From a virus, in UHGV virus genome UHGV-0365687: DNA of 35,238 bases; one strand, given 5' to 3'. The translations under genes and the position numbers were made by a program. The notes under the pieces were generated by a model. That model made no database searches and was not told the DNA's origin. It was given only the letters and a program-made list of their open reading frames with translations. Below, one piece after another: positions 1-9,202 of the stretch (position 1 is the first letter of the stretch; the number at the start of each line of letters is the position of its first letter).

Positions 1-33
1 AAAGAGTTCCTTTCAAATTTAAATAAGCGTTAA

Positions 34-56
34 GCCCACCACTCTTACTGGTGGGC
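34..56 (-). terminator. hairpin (8 bp GC-rich stem gcccacca/tggtgggc) in AT-rich context downstream of the hok-like gene; possible 3' end or fold-back element of the hok transcript
   Basis: Inverted repeat read directly; flanked by aaatttaaat-type AT-rich sequence. Confidence 0.3.
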
Positions 57-135
57 CTCAATTTAAATTTGGGTGCCACTTCGACCATACCCTGGCAACC
101 GATTGACGGGGGATTGCTCCCCCGTCGCGGTTTCC

Positions 136-276
136 TTACTGCTTACACTGTAAGAACGCCGCAAACTCCGCTCCCCAGAAGCTCATCCGTATTTCACACA
201 GCGAACCGTGCAACATCCAGATGATGAGGATTGCCGTCACGCAGAACGTGATGGCCGTAAGCGATTTTTGCGACAT
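136..276 (-). CDS. hok: Hok/Gef-family type I toxin (46 aa small membrane peptide)
   Basis: Manual translation MSQKSLTAITFCVTAILIIWMLHGSLCEIRMSFWGAEFAAFLQCKQ: N-terminal hydrophobic helix then SLCEIR and E-AAFL-C motifs typical of Hok/HokA/Gef; AAGGAG RBS about 8 nt upstream of ATG; below the 60 aa cutoff of the ORF track. Confidence 0.6.
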   Translation of the reverse strand: MSQKSLTAITFCVTAILIIWMLHGSLCEIRMSFWGAEFAAFLQCKQ

Positions 277-406
277 AGCACTTGCTCCTTTTCCGGAGAG
301 GCGCTAACCTTTCACTTGTCAAGGTAATGCGGTTAGGGCCTCGGTTAAACAGAGATGTTTTCCGGGGCCTTTCCACATCTGGCCTTCGGGTATTCCCTCC
401 GACCAT
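194..406 (-). CDS. mok-like overlapping reading frame (70 aa) covering the hok start
   Basis: ORF track frame overlaps hok start in a different frame, as mok does in hok/sok loci; no independent sequence signature. Confidence 0.3.
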   Translation of the reverse strand: MVGGNTRRPDVERPRKTSLFNRGPNRITLTSERLAPLRKRSKCYVAKIAYGHHVLRDGNPHHLDVARFAV

Positions 407-466
407 CAGCCGAAAGGCACCCGCGCGTAATCTATCGCTTTTTTGTTACTCCGGCAATTCTGCCTG

Positions 467-727
467 TTAATTCTGAGGTAAAGGCAAGCTCATCTGATTG
501 TTTCCCCTGTGTGAAGCTGGCAGCTCATGCCACGGGATACCTTCTGAAGAGTGAACGCCGGAGGCGTGTTTCGATGTGAATTTATGGAAAGCTTCCAGTG
601 TTGAGAAGCATACGCCGCATTCCAGGTTGTTACACTGGTAATACTTTTGCCGCACGGTGTTTGAATCATTTTCCGGACGACTGGTGCGGATACGGGCAGA
701 TGCGCCACAAAGCGGACAACGGAACAT
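467..727 (-). CDS. ogr: Ogr/Delta-family zinc-finger late-gene transcription activator
   Basis: MFRCPLCGASARIRTSR...YQCNNLEC: C-X2-C...C-X4-C arrangement and N-terminus resemble P2 Ogr; AAGGGAGG RBS upstream. Confidence 0.8.
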   Translation of the reverse strand: MFRCPLCGASARIRTSRPENDSNTVRQKYYQCNNLECGVCFSTLEAFHKFTSKHASGVHSSEGIPWHELPASHRGNNQMSLPLPQN

Positions 728-769
728 AGCGACCTCCCTTAACGTGGTGCTGCCGCTATTCTAAGTTGC

Positions 770-1879
770 TCACTCTGTTTCCGCTATCCATTCCGGGATT
801 TTTGCTTCAAGCTCAAGCTGCGTGGTAAAGCCGCTGCTATCAATGGTGTGCTCGGCTTTTGCAATAATCCAGTCCTGATTATCAATCTCGCTTTTAAATC
901 CTGTTACCGTGCCATGCATTTCGGGGTAGAGTTCTGCACGTCCACGCGCCAGCGTGATGGAGAATGATGCGGCTCCGCGTTGTAGCTGCTGCCACTTTGC
1001 CGCCGCTGCGCGTCTTGCTGCCTGCTCGTTCTGATAAGTTTTGCGTAACACAAACACGTTGCCTTCCGCACCTTCCATATAGTCGCCTTCCCGGCTGCTG
1101 CTTTTCTCCTTTTTTGGTTTTGACGGTTTGCGGCGTTTCACGCTGACTTTTTTCTTTTTCCCGTAATTAAGATCAAGCCAGTAAGCGCGTACCCCCGTAT
1201 ACGCTTCGCGGTCAGCAATGCGGAACTGATGGCGATCGCCGCTGCTGCGTGTGATGGCGAACGAGGGCAACGGCTGGCCCTGTGCGTTCACGCCACCGCC
1301 TGGCATGATGAATAACAGATTACCGCTTTTTACCGTGGTGATTGCGCCCAGCATTTCCGCCATGCGCGTAAGGAAGGACATGTCGCTTTCTTCGGTCTGG
1401 TCGGCGTGGTCGATTTCGATATCCATCAGCATTTCGCTGATTTGCGGTTTCAGACCGTACCGATGAGCGATGGCGGATACCACACGCTCAACGGTCACAT
1501 CATGCCAGGACACCTCACGTTTAACGTTAAATTCATCCCGGAAATCTGCGCTTCTGGCTGAAACAGTCAGCCTGTCCGGCGGTCCTTCGTGTGCGATTTC
1601 ATCAACAATGTAAGTGCCTTTTTCTGTCAGCGGTTCCCCTTTCCAGCCAATGAGAACCGTCAGACGCGCGCCCCGTGGCGGTAGCTGCAACTGGCCATCG
1701 GCATCATCCAGCGTGATGGTGAGCTGGTCCGCCTCAAATCCCCGGTTGTCGGTCAGTGACAGGCTCATCAGGCGTTCTGCCACGCCGGACAGCGTTTTAC
1801 CCTCGGCGAGAATATCAAAATCCGGCATTTTCACGGGGTCTGTGCCCTGACTGAGCAATTGCATGGTGGTGTCGGTCAT
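770..1879 (-). CDS. D: tail protein D (late control gene D family)
   Basis: ORF track frame; start refined to ATG at 1877-1879 (MTDTTMQLL) preceded by GGAGGGAG RBS; the open frame continues upstream to 2011 without a credible start. Confidence 0.88.
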   Translation of the reverse strand: MTDTTMQLLSQGTDPVKMPDFDILAEGKTLSGVAERLMSLSLTDNRGFEADQLTITLDDADGQLQLPPRGARLTVLIGWKGEPLTEKGTYIVDEIAHEGPPDRLTVSARSADFRDEFNVKREVSWHDVTVERVVSAIAHRYGLKPQISEMLMDIEIDHADQTEESDMSFLTRMAEMLGAITTVKSGNLLFIMPGGGVNAQGQPLPSFAITRSSGDRHQFRIADREAYTGVRAYWLDLNYGKKKKVSVKRRKPSKPKKEKSSSREGDYMEGAEGNVFVLRKTYQNEQAARRAAAAKWQQLQRGAASFSITLARGRAELYPEMHGTVTGFKSEIDNQDWIIAKAEHTIDSSGFTTQLELEAKIPEWIAETE

Positions 1880-2036
1880 CTGCTCCCTCCCTGTGTGGCA
1901 TGGTCGCATGTGCGTGCGGAGGGGGTTACTGCTTTTTGTTGTCGCCGTGGCGGGAGAACGGCGCAGGGGTGAGATTACGCGCGTGGTGGGTGATGATTGT
2001 TGCCGAATCATTTAACGGATACAAGGGGCTGAAGCT

Positions 2037-3221
2037 ATGAGTGAAACTCGTTTTCATGGTGCCCGTGTTACGGAAAATACCGACCTGGTAACAGCGATTA
2101 ACGATGTTGATTCCAGCGTTATTGGTATCGTGGCAACGGCGGATGATGCGGACGCGAAGCTGTTCCCGCTGAACAAGCCCACACTGCTGACCCGCGTCAA
2201 TGACGTGCTGGGAAAATGCGGAACAACGGGGACGCTTTATCGTGCGCTTAAGGCCATCGCAGACCAGGTGAGCACAAAGGTGATCGTCGTTCGCGTGGCT
2301 GAACACAAAGAAGAAGACGAAAAGACGCAGGATCAACTGGTTATCGGTGGTTCTGAGGATGACGGCAGCTATACGGGGATGTATGCGCTGCTTGTTGCAG
2401 AGCAGGATGAAAGCATCGGATACCGTCCGCGTATTCTGGCCGCGCCGGAGCTGGACACGGAGGCGGTGACAAAATCCCTGTGCGTGATTGCGGGTAAACT
2501 GCGCGCATTTGTGTATGCCTCATGTCACGGCTGTAACACGATGGCTGAAGCGATTACCTACCGCCAGAAATTCAACGAACGTGAAGTGATGCTCTTATGG
2601 CCGGACTTCATCGCCTACAACCCGAAAAGTGGCGAAAACGAAACGTTCCCCGCGCCTGCTTATGCGTGCGGCCTTCGTGCGTACATTGACCATGAGCAGG
2701 GCTGGCACAAATCGCTGTCCAACGTTCCGGTTAAAAATGTGCTGGGGATGTCGAGGCATGTGTTCTGGTCGTTGCAGGCCGAAGACAGCGATGCCAACAG
2801 CCTCAACAACAAAGAAATCACGACCATTATTCGTCGCAACGGGTTCCGCTTCTGGGGCAACCGCACACCGGAAACGAACGCCTACATTTTTGAGGTGTAT
2901 ACCCGAACCGCACAGGTGCTGGCTGATTCAATTGCGGAAGCGCAGTTTGAAACCATCGACAGTCCACTGACGCCTGCGAACGTGAAGGATGTTATCAGTG
3001 CCATCAGGGCAAAACTGGATTCACTGGTGACTGCCGGGAAACTGATTGGCGCGGAGTGCTGGTATGACGTGGTGGATAACAGCACCACGGATTTACGTCA
3101 GGGGCGTGTGCGTATTCGCTACAAATATACGCCCGTTCCGCCACTGGAAGACATGGAGCTTTACCAGACGTTTACTGATGAATACTTTGAACCCGCATTT
3201 GCGGTGCTGGGAGGTGCCTGA
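2037..3221 (+). CDS. FI: contractile tail sheath protein FI
   Basis: 394 aa, P2 FI-like sequence; stop overlaps FII start (ATGA). Confidence 0.9.
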   Translation: MSETRFHGARVTENTDLVTAINDVDSSVIGIVATADDADAKLFPLNKPTLLTRVNDVLGKCGTTGTLYRALKAIADQVSTKVIVVRVAEHKEEDEKTQDQLVIGGSEDDGSYTGMYALLVAEQDESIGYRPRILAAPELDTEAVTKSLCVIAGKLRAFVYASCHGCNTMAEAITYRQKFNEREVMLLWPDFIAYNPKSGENETFPAPAYACGLRAYIDHEQGWHKSLSNVPVKNVLGMSRHVFWSLQAEDSDANSLNNKEITTIIRRNGFRFWGNRTPETNAYIFEVYTRTAQVLADSIAEAQFETIDSPLTPANVKDVISAIRAKLDSLVTAGKLIGAECWYDVVDNSTTDLRQGRVRIRYKYTPVPPLEDMELYQTFTDEYFEPAFAVLGGA

Positions 3222-3733
3222 TGGCTGTGCCAAAACATCTTCGCTTTTTTACGCTGTTTGTGGATGGTGAAAACGAAGTGGGTAAGGTGACGTCCGTCAC
3301 TTTGCCTAAGCTGACGCGCAAAACCGACAGCTACCGGGGTGGTGGCATGATGGGGGCGGTAAGTATTGATCTCGGTCTGGACGACTCCGCGCTTGATGCG
3401 AGCTTTGTCATGGGGGGCGCAGTTCGTGAGCTGTTCCTTAAGTATGGCGGCACGATTGACGGCACGCTGCTGCGTTTTGCGGGTGAATACTACACCGATG
3501 CAGAAAGCGACCTGTATGAAGTCGAAATGCGCGGACGTGTGACGGAAATTGATATGGGGGAAGCCAAACAGGGCGAAGCCACATCACACACTTACGCCAT
3601 TAAAAACACCTACTACAAGCTGAGTGTTAACGATCGTCCGTTGTGGGAGATTGACCTGCTGAACTTCATTTACCGGAAGGACGGCAAGGACATTGTGCCC
3701 GATCGCATCCGTTCCGCGCTTGGGTTTGGCTGA
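3221..3733 (+). CDS. FII: tail tube protein FII
   Basis: 170 aa directly after the sheath gene, P2 FII-like. Confidence 0.88.
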   Translation: MAVPKHLRFFTLFVDGENEVGKVTSVTLPKLTRKTDSYRGGGMMGAVSIDLGLDDSALDASFVMGGAVRELFLKYGGTIDGTLLRFAGEYYTDAESDLYEVEMRGRVTEIDMGEAKQGEATSHTYAIKNTYYKLSVNDRPLWEIDLLNFIYRKDGKDIVPDRIRSALGFG

Positions 3734-3787
3734 TAAGTAATATGCAGGCGGCGCAGTGCGTCGCCTCTGACTGAAAGGAGTTTCCTG

Positions 3788-4153
3788 ATGAAAGAGACGA
3801 AAAACATCGATACCGAAAACACGGTAGTTACTGACACTGTGAAAGAAACCAGTGAGCGTGGCGTAAAACTTACCCAACCCATTGAGCGAGGCGGCGAAAA
3901 AATCACGTATGTGGAGATCACCGGGGCTATTGAGCAGGCTGGATCTCTGCGAGATTTGTCGCTGTCTGATGTGCTGAATCTGAAAGCGGAATCCATGTTT
4001 ACGCTGCTGTCACGCGTGACATCACCGCGACTGGATGAAGTGACGATCAAAAAAATGGCATCCCGTGACTTTATTCAGTTATGTGTGGTTGCCGTAAATT
4101 TTTTGAGCGGTGCGGACTCTGGCGGGAAGAACGAACAGGCGACGGAAGCCTGA
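3788..4153 (+). CDS. E: tail assembly chaperone E
   Basis: Position between tube and tape-measure genes; GAAAGGAG RBS; contains slippery heptamer. Confidence 0.8.
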   Translation: MKETKNIDTENTVVTDTVKETSERGVKLTQPIERGGEKITYVEITGAIEQAGSLRDLSLSDVLNLKAESMFTLLSRVTSPRLDEVTIKKMASRDFIQLCVVAVNFLSGADSGGKNEQATEA

Positions 4154-4317
4154 TCACGGTTGTGTGCTTTGAGCGCATAGAAGACTTTGTGGCAGATATT
4201 GCCGTTATTTTTAACTGGTCGCCCGCCGAAATCTTCATGATGACGCCCGGCGAAGTGGTTAGCTGGCGTGAGCGGGCGGCACTTCGCAGCGGGAATGCAG
4301 ACAATGAAGACTCTTGA
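3788..4317 (+). CDS. E': tail assembly chaperone E+E' fusion by programmed -1 frameshift at T_TTT_TTG (4099-4105)
   Basis: Slippery heptamer sits in the E frame as T TTT TTG; the -1 frame is open from there to the stop at 4315-4317 (ORF 4081..4317). Confidence 0.65.
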
Positions 4318-7111
4318 TATCCGGGTCGCTTTCAGCGCCGTTGACAGGCTGACCCGACCTGCCGAAAACGCCCGCCGCCTGATGGGGCAGTTTGGTGACT
4401 CCATCCAGCGAACGCAGGGGGCGATCAAAAATCTCGAGCGTCAGGCGCGTTCATTTGAGCGCGCCCGCGACGCTGTCAGTAAAGCGGATGCGGGTATCGT
4501 GAAAGCGCGACGCCAGCTTAACGCCCTTAATCAGTTACAACGCACGGGTACAGTGCTCAGCGAAAAACAACAAAAGCTGATGCAGCAGTTAAGCACCCGG
4601 CTTGAACGCCTGAATGAATCGCGCACGCGGGAAATTCAGAAAATGCGGGAGCTTGGCGGAGAGCTGAAACGCCACGGCATTTCCCTGACAGGCAGCGATA
4701 ACACCATCCAGCAGGCCATCAGACGCACCGAACAATACAACAACCAGCTTGAACGCGAACGGCAGGCGCTTGCGCGTGTAACGCGGGCGCGTGAGCGGTA
4801 TTCGCGCGCGCAGGAAACAGCGGGAAAACTGAAAACAGGTGGTGCGCTGGCAATTGGTGCGGCAGCGGCGGGCGGCTATGCTGCCGGGCGTTTTTTGCAG
4901 CCTGCGATCGGGTTCGGGAAAGAGATGTCCCGCGTTCAGGCGCTGACGCGAATCGACCAGAACAGCCCACAGTTTAAGGCGCTGCGTGAGCAGGCGTTAA
5001 AACTTGGCTCTGAAACGCAGTTCACCGCTGGAGATGCCGCCAGTGGACAGGCATTTCTTGCAATGGCTGGCTTCACACCACAGGCCATTCAGGCTGCGCT
5101 TCCCGGTGTGCTGAGCATGGCAACGGCTGGCGGTATGGATCTTGGCGAGACGGCGGATATTGGCTCAAACATCCTGACGCAGTTCGGCCTTTCTGCCGAC
5201 CAGATGGACCGGGTCGGTGACACGCTCACCGGAGCGTTTACCCGTACCAACACTGACCTTCGCGCACTGGGCGAAACCATGAAATATGCAGGTCCGGTGG
5301 CGGGCAAGCTGGGAATATCGCTGGAGCAGGCCGCAGCGATGGCGGGCGTGCTGGCGAATATGGGTATCAGGGGAAGTGATGCCGGGACGGCAATGCGTGC
5401 CAGCCTGGCTCGTCTGGCATCACCGCCAAAGGCGGCAGCAGAGGCGCTGAAAGAGCTTGGTGTGGCAGTCTCTGACGCGAACGGCAAAATGCGCCCGATG
5501 GAGGATGTGCTGGCCGACCTTTATAAAGCCACCCGCAAATACGGGGAAGTTGACCGGGTATCGTTCTTTAAGGACATTGCCGGAGAAGAGGCTTTCACAT
5601 CGTTTATGGCGCTCGTTGATGCAGCGGGTGACGGCTCCTTACCTAAACTGAGAAAAGAACTTGAAGGCGCGCGCGGTGAGGCTGAACGCACAGCAAAGGT
5701 TATGGCCAACAACCTTGACGGCGATCTGAAATCACTCAGCAGTGCATGGGAAGGGTTGCGCATCCGCATTGCAGATCTGATTGACGGTCCGCTGCGTTCT
5801 GTCACGCAGTGGCTCACGCGAGTGGTCTCAAAGGTGACGGCGCTGGCGCAGGCCCATCCCGCACTGACGCGCCAGCTACTGATTGCAGGCGGTGCGTTGC
5901 TGGCAATGACTGCAACGGTTGGCTCGTTGTCGCTGGCTATTGGTGTGCTTGCTGGCCCGCTGGCAAAACTGCGTCTTGGTTTTTCTCTCCTGACCGGATC
6001 AATGAATGCTGTCAGGGTCCTGCCAGCACTATGGGGAATGGTGACGGGTTCCGTTTCTTTGCTGGGAGGTGCTATCGGGGCGCTGTTCAGTCCGGTCGGG
6101 TTGATTGCTGCTGCGTTTGTGGCTGCGGCGGTTCTCATCTGGAAATACTGGGAACCCATCAAGGCGTTTTATGCCGGGGTGTTCAGCGGGATTATGGAAA
6201 GGCTGACCCCGTTGCGCGAAACCTTTGAACGGTTTGGTCCTGTTTTTGACGCAATCGGAAGCGGGATCAGCCAGGCGTTTAACTGGTTTAAATCGCTGCT
6301 GTCACCGATGGAGTCCAGCAAGGAAACGCTGGATAAATGTACCAGTGCTGGCGAGATATTCGGTAACGTTCTTGGCGGTGCGTTACAACTTGTTCTGACG
6401 CCTGCAAAAATGCTACTGGATACGCTGGCGTGGATACTTGAAAAACTTGGCGTCCTTCCGGATGAAGCGGAAAGGGCGCGCAAGAAAATCGAAGACGCAC
6501 AGCGTGCGGCCATTCTTCAGGACAAGGTTGCCTTGCTTCAGGGGGACCTGGCGAAAATCAATCCGCCGAAGCCTGTGGAAAATGGCAATGGCACCGGAGG
6601 TGATAAACCCAAAGACAACAAACCGCTCACAGACAGCAATACCGGTACGCTACGCAGACTCAGCAAAATTGCTGATAACACAGGTAAGCTGGTTGATGAG
6701 ACGAAAAAACGCATTGGCCCCGGCGATATTGTCTTTAAGAACCTGCCCCGCGCACTTGCTGTTCGTGGGGAGTGGCAGGAGCGGAAGATTGCGCAGATCA
6801 GTAAGCCTGCTTCCGCAATCAACATCACACCCGTGGTCCCGACTCCTCTGCCTCCGGCGCTGGTCCCTGTTGTTGCGGCCAGCTCCCGCCCGGTGGCGGA
6901 GGCCATACGATCGCCAGTGGCATCAGTTCCTGCAACTTCCCGTAACCGGGAGCCTGTTGTCTCCGGATTTGGCGGTGAAATTCATGTTCATCTGCATAAC
7001 GTTGTTACGCAGAATCCCCGCGAACTGGCGAAACTGGTCGGTGAAATGGTCAGGGCAGAATTGGAACGACGCGACCGTGCCGGACGTGGCAGTTTTTACG
7101 ATAAAGATTGA
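4304..7111 (+). CDS. T: tail tape measure protein T (start uncertain: GTG 4268, ATG 4295 or ATG 4304)
   Basis: 947 aa frame with coiled-coil N-terminal part, Gly/Ala-rich hydrophobic centre, position after E/E'. Confidence 0.85.
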   Translation: MKTLDIRVAFSAVDRLTRPAENARRLMGQFGDSIQRTQGAIKNLERQARSFERARDAVSKADAGIVKARRQLNALNQLQRTGTVLSEKQQKLMQQLSTRLERLNESRTREIQKMRELGGELKRHGISLTGSDNTIQQAIRRTEQYNNQLERERQALARVTRARERYSRAQETAGKLKTGGALAIGAAAAGGYAAGRFLQPAIGFGKEMSRVQALTRIDQNSPQFKALREQALKLGSETQFTAGDAASGQAFLAMAGFTPQAIQAALPGVLSMATAGGMDLGETADIGSNILTQFGLSADQMDRVGDTLTGAFTRTNTDLRALGETMKYAGPVAGKLGISLEQAAAMAGVLANMGIRGSDAGTAMRASLARLASPPKAAAEALKELGVAVSDANGKMRPMEDVLADLYKATRKYGEVDRVSFFKDIAGEEAFTSFMALVDAAGDGSLPKLRKELEGARGEAERTAKVMANNLDGDLKSLSSAWEGLRIRIADLIDGPLRSVTQWLTRVVSKVTALAQAHPALTRQLLIAGGALLAMTATVGSLSLAIGVLAGPLAKLRLGFSLLTGSMNAVRVLPALWGMVTGSVSLLGGAIGALFSPVGLIAAAFVAAAVLIWKYWEPIKAFYAGVFSGIMERLTPLRETFERFGPVFDAIGSGISQAFNWFKSLLSPMESSKETLDKCTSAGEIFGNVLGGALQLVLTPAKMLLDTLAWILEKLGVLPDEAERARKKIEDAQRAAILQDKVALLQGDLAKINPPKPVENGNGTGGDKPKDNKPLTDSNTGTLRRLSKIADNTGKLVDETKKRIGPGDIVFKNLPRALAVRGEWQERKIAQISKPASAINITPVVPTPLPPALVPVVAASSRPVAEAIRSPVASVPATSRNREPVVSGFGGEIHVHLHNVVTQNPRELAKLVGEMVRAELERRDRAGRGSFYDKD

Positions 7112-7123
7112 GGAGTCATGGCC

Positions 7124-7612
7124 ATGATGATGATCTACGGCATGTTTGTTTTTGAGCTGCGTACATTGCCGCATCAACAGTTACAGCAAAACAAAAGCTG
7201 GCGGCATGTGAAAAATGAACGCGTTAACCGTTCAGCAAGCTGGCAGTATATCGGTGCAGGTGATGATCGCATCGTTCTTTCTGGTGTGCTTTATCCTGAA
7301 ATTACAGGTGGCGAAGTGTCGCTGTCGCTGCTGACCACGCAGGCGTATACAGGACGACCCTGGCCTTTGATTGATGGTGTCGGGCAGATTTACGGCATGT
7401 ATGTGCTGACTGAAACGAATACGACCCGTTCCGAGTTTGATCGCTACGGTAAGGCGAAAAAGATAGAATTTTCACTGACTCTTGAACGCTGTGATGAGGA
7501 TTTGCGGGAGCGCCTGCAATCCTCATCGTTCAGTGATATGCTGTCCGGCTTCAAAGATAAGGTCACATCATCCCTTAACAGCGCGGCCAGCTCCGTTAAA
7601 GGGCTGTTTTGA
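7124..7612 (+). CDS. U: tail protein U
   Basis: P2 U-like; ATG at 7124 has better RBS spacing (GAGGAG 7110-7115) than ATG 7118. Confidence 0.8.
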   Translation: MMMIYGMFVFELRTLPHQQLQQNKSWRHVKNERVNRSASWQYIGAGDDRIVLSGVLYPEITGGEVSLSLLTTQAYTGRPWPLIDGVGQIYGMYVLTETNTTRSEFDRYGKAKKIEFSLTLERCDEDLRERLQSSSFSDMLSGFKDKVTSSLNSAASSVKGLF

Positions 7613-7622
7613 TTAACGCAAA

Positions 7623-7657
7623 ACCGCTAATGGTCAGATTAGCGGTTATTTTGTTTT
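7623..7657. terminator. intrinsic terminator hairpin (9 bp stem accgctaat/attagcggt) with T-tract, between convergent U and invertase genes
   Basis: Perfect inverted repeat 7623-7631/7638-7646 followed by tattttgtttt; A-run on the other side. Confidence 0.6.
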
Positions 7658-8233
7658 CTGACTCTTCTCTATTGTTCCGCTTGATTCTCCTGCGGGGTGG
7701 TAACGATAAATCGTCGATGTACCAATGCCGTAAATTATTGCCAGTTGTTTTCTGTCGTGACCGTTTTTAATCAGCCTTGCTATTTGCTCATGCTGTTCTT
7801 TTGTCAGCTTCGGGCGACGTCCGCCTGTGCGCCCCCGTGCGCGCGCTGCTGCCAGTCCGGCCAGTGTACGTTCAACGATTAATTCACGTTCCATTTCAGC
7901 CAGGGCACCCATAACGTGGAAGAAAAAACGCCCCATTGGAGAAGATGTATCTATGCTGTCGGTCAGACTGCGAAAATTAATCCCTCGCTCCTGTAGTTCC
8001 CCGACGAGAGAAATCAGATGTTTCATGCTTCGCCCGAGGCGATCCAGTTTCCAGACAACCAGCGTGTCACCTTTTTGAAGGCGCTTTAAAGCGCGTTTTA
8101 ATCCCGGTCAGTCTGTCTTTGTCCCGCTTAATTTATCTTCAAATATTTGTTCACATCCTGCACAAACAAGAGCGTTTCGTTGCAGGTCTGTATTCTGGTC
8201 ATTTGTTGATACCCTTACATAGCCAATCAGCAC
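7646..8233 (-). pseudogene. Gin/Pin/Cin/Hin-family serine DNA invertase, interrupted by in-frame TGA at 8108-8110 (codon 42)
   Basis: Manual translation from GTG 8231-8233: (M)[40 protein letters not shown]-stop-PGLKRALKRLQKGDTLVVWKLDRLGRS then the ORF-track frame MKHLISLVGEL...; continuous invertase homology across the stop. Confidence 0.75.
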
Positions 8234-8287
8234 GCTGAATCTCCCGTCCAAAAGCGTAAATCATGCCATGCAGGTCAGAAACGGCCA

Positions 8288-8315
8288 TTATCTAAAACCT
8301 CGGTTTGCAGGAAAC
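8288..8315. repeat. gix/cix-like recombination site (left boundary of invertible segment)
   Basis: ttatctaaaacctcggtttgcaggaaac; inverted copy of the site at 11232-11259; resembles the gix consensus from memory. Confidence 0.7.
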
Positions 8316-9201
8316 GGTAAACAAGGCTGGTAACGCCGTTCAGCGTTCCGGTGATAAAATGACCGGAGAACTGAAAATTGGCACGGTGAATGCGCTGCGA
8401 ATTTTCAATGATGCCTTCGGTCTTATTTTCCGTCGTTCAGAAGAGCACCTTCATTTCATCCCTACGGCTGAAGGACAAGGCGAAAACGGTGATATCGGCC
8501 CATTAAGGCCATTCGCTATAAATCTGAGAACAGGTGCTATATTTGTCAACCACGGGGCCAAAATTGAAGGAGGTCTAGCTATTGGTGCTACTGATAACGC
8601 ACTGGGTGAAAACTCCATTGTTCTGGGAGATAACGACACCGGATTTAGGCAAGATGGAGATGGTTTTATTAGCATCTTTTCAAATGGTTCGCGCATAGGA
8701 CATATTGATGAGTTAGGATTACATATTTATAAAGATATTGAATCTAATGGCAGCAATTTTAGATTAAAAGGTGATTACCGCCACCACATTACATTCGCCA
8801 ACGAAGACGGAAGTATTCGTATGTTTTTGTGGAAAGATAAAGATGGTGATGGTGTTCATATTAATAATGGTTCAAGCGGTGGCGGTGATTTCGTTTTTAA
8901 AACAGATGGGGGATTTGCGCTGGGAAGTGGTGCGCAAGTTGCGTCTAATGGCGATATTTATGGTTCAGTGTGGGAAAACAACTGGTTAAGCACATGGCTG
9001 CATAATCATGTCGTTCGGGATATTCGTCTTGGCAGCATTGAATATAAAAACGTATGGCGCGACTACGGCTTTGGCGATGCGTCAGGTTATGTTTTAACAG
9101 CCGCAATTAACAGCAATGCGGATGATATTGTCGACACTGTTGCCAGAAGGCCAATTCAGAAATTGATTGGGGGAATATGGTACAACGTGGGGAGTGTTTA
9201 A
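8305..9201 (+). CDS. alternative tail-fibre C-terminal cassette (Sv'-like), promoterless and startless in the current orientation
   Basis: Frame opens at the crossover site ([12 protein letters not shown]...), matching the H constant/variable junction; ends with the PIQ...WYNVGSV motif shared with H. Confidence 0.7.
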   Translation: MQETVNKAGNAVQRSGDKMTGELKIGTVNALRIFNDAFGLIFRRSEEHLHFIPTAEGQGENGDIGPLRPFAINLRTGAIFVNHGAKIEGGLAIGATDNALGENSIVLGDNDTGFRQDGDGFISIFSNGSRIGHIDELGLHIYKDIESNGSNFRLKGDYRHHITFANEDGSIRMFLWKDKDGDGVHINNGSSGGGDFVFKTDGGFALGSGAQVASNGDIYGSVWENNWLSTWLHNHVVRDIRLGSIEYKNVWRDYGFGDASGYVLTAAINSNADDIVDTVARRPIQKLIGGIWYNVGSV

Positions 9202-9202
9202 G

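Noticed and set aside
1-135. Prophage attachment site at the left edge
   Set aside because: AT-rich palindromic sequences flank the hairpin at 34-56, but the other prophage end is outside the window, so no direct repeat pair can be established.
5521-6162. 213 aa ORF antisense to the tape-measure gene T
   Set aside because: Low-complexity Ala/Pro/Ser-rich translation mirroring the Gly/Ala-rich tape-measure region; no start context.
7611-7645. Possible gix-like half-site (gcaaaacc) in the U terminator that could explain an invertase-mediated inversion of the FI-U block
   Set aside because: Only about 7 of 9 positions of one half-site match and no partner half-site is present; no comparable sequence at the other breakpoint (1880-2036).
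8108-8110. In-frame TGA in the invertase read as selenocysteine or programmed readthrough
   Set aside because: No indication of a SECIS-like context and homologues have an ordinary arginine codon here; a nonsense mutation is the simpler explanation.
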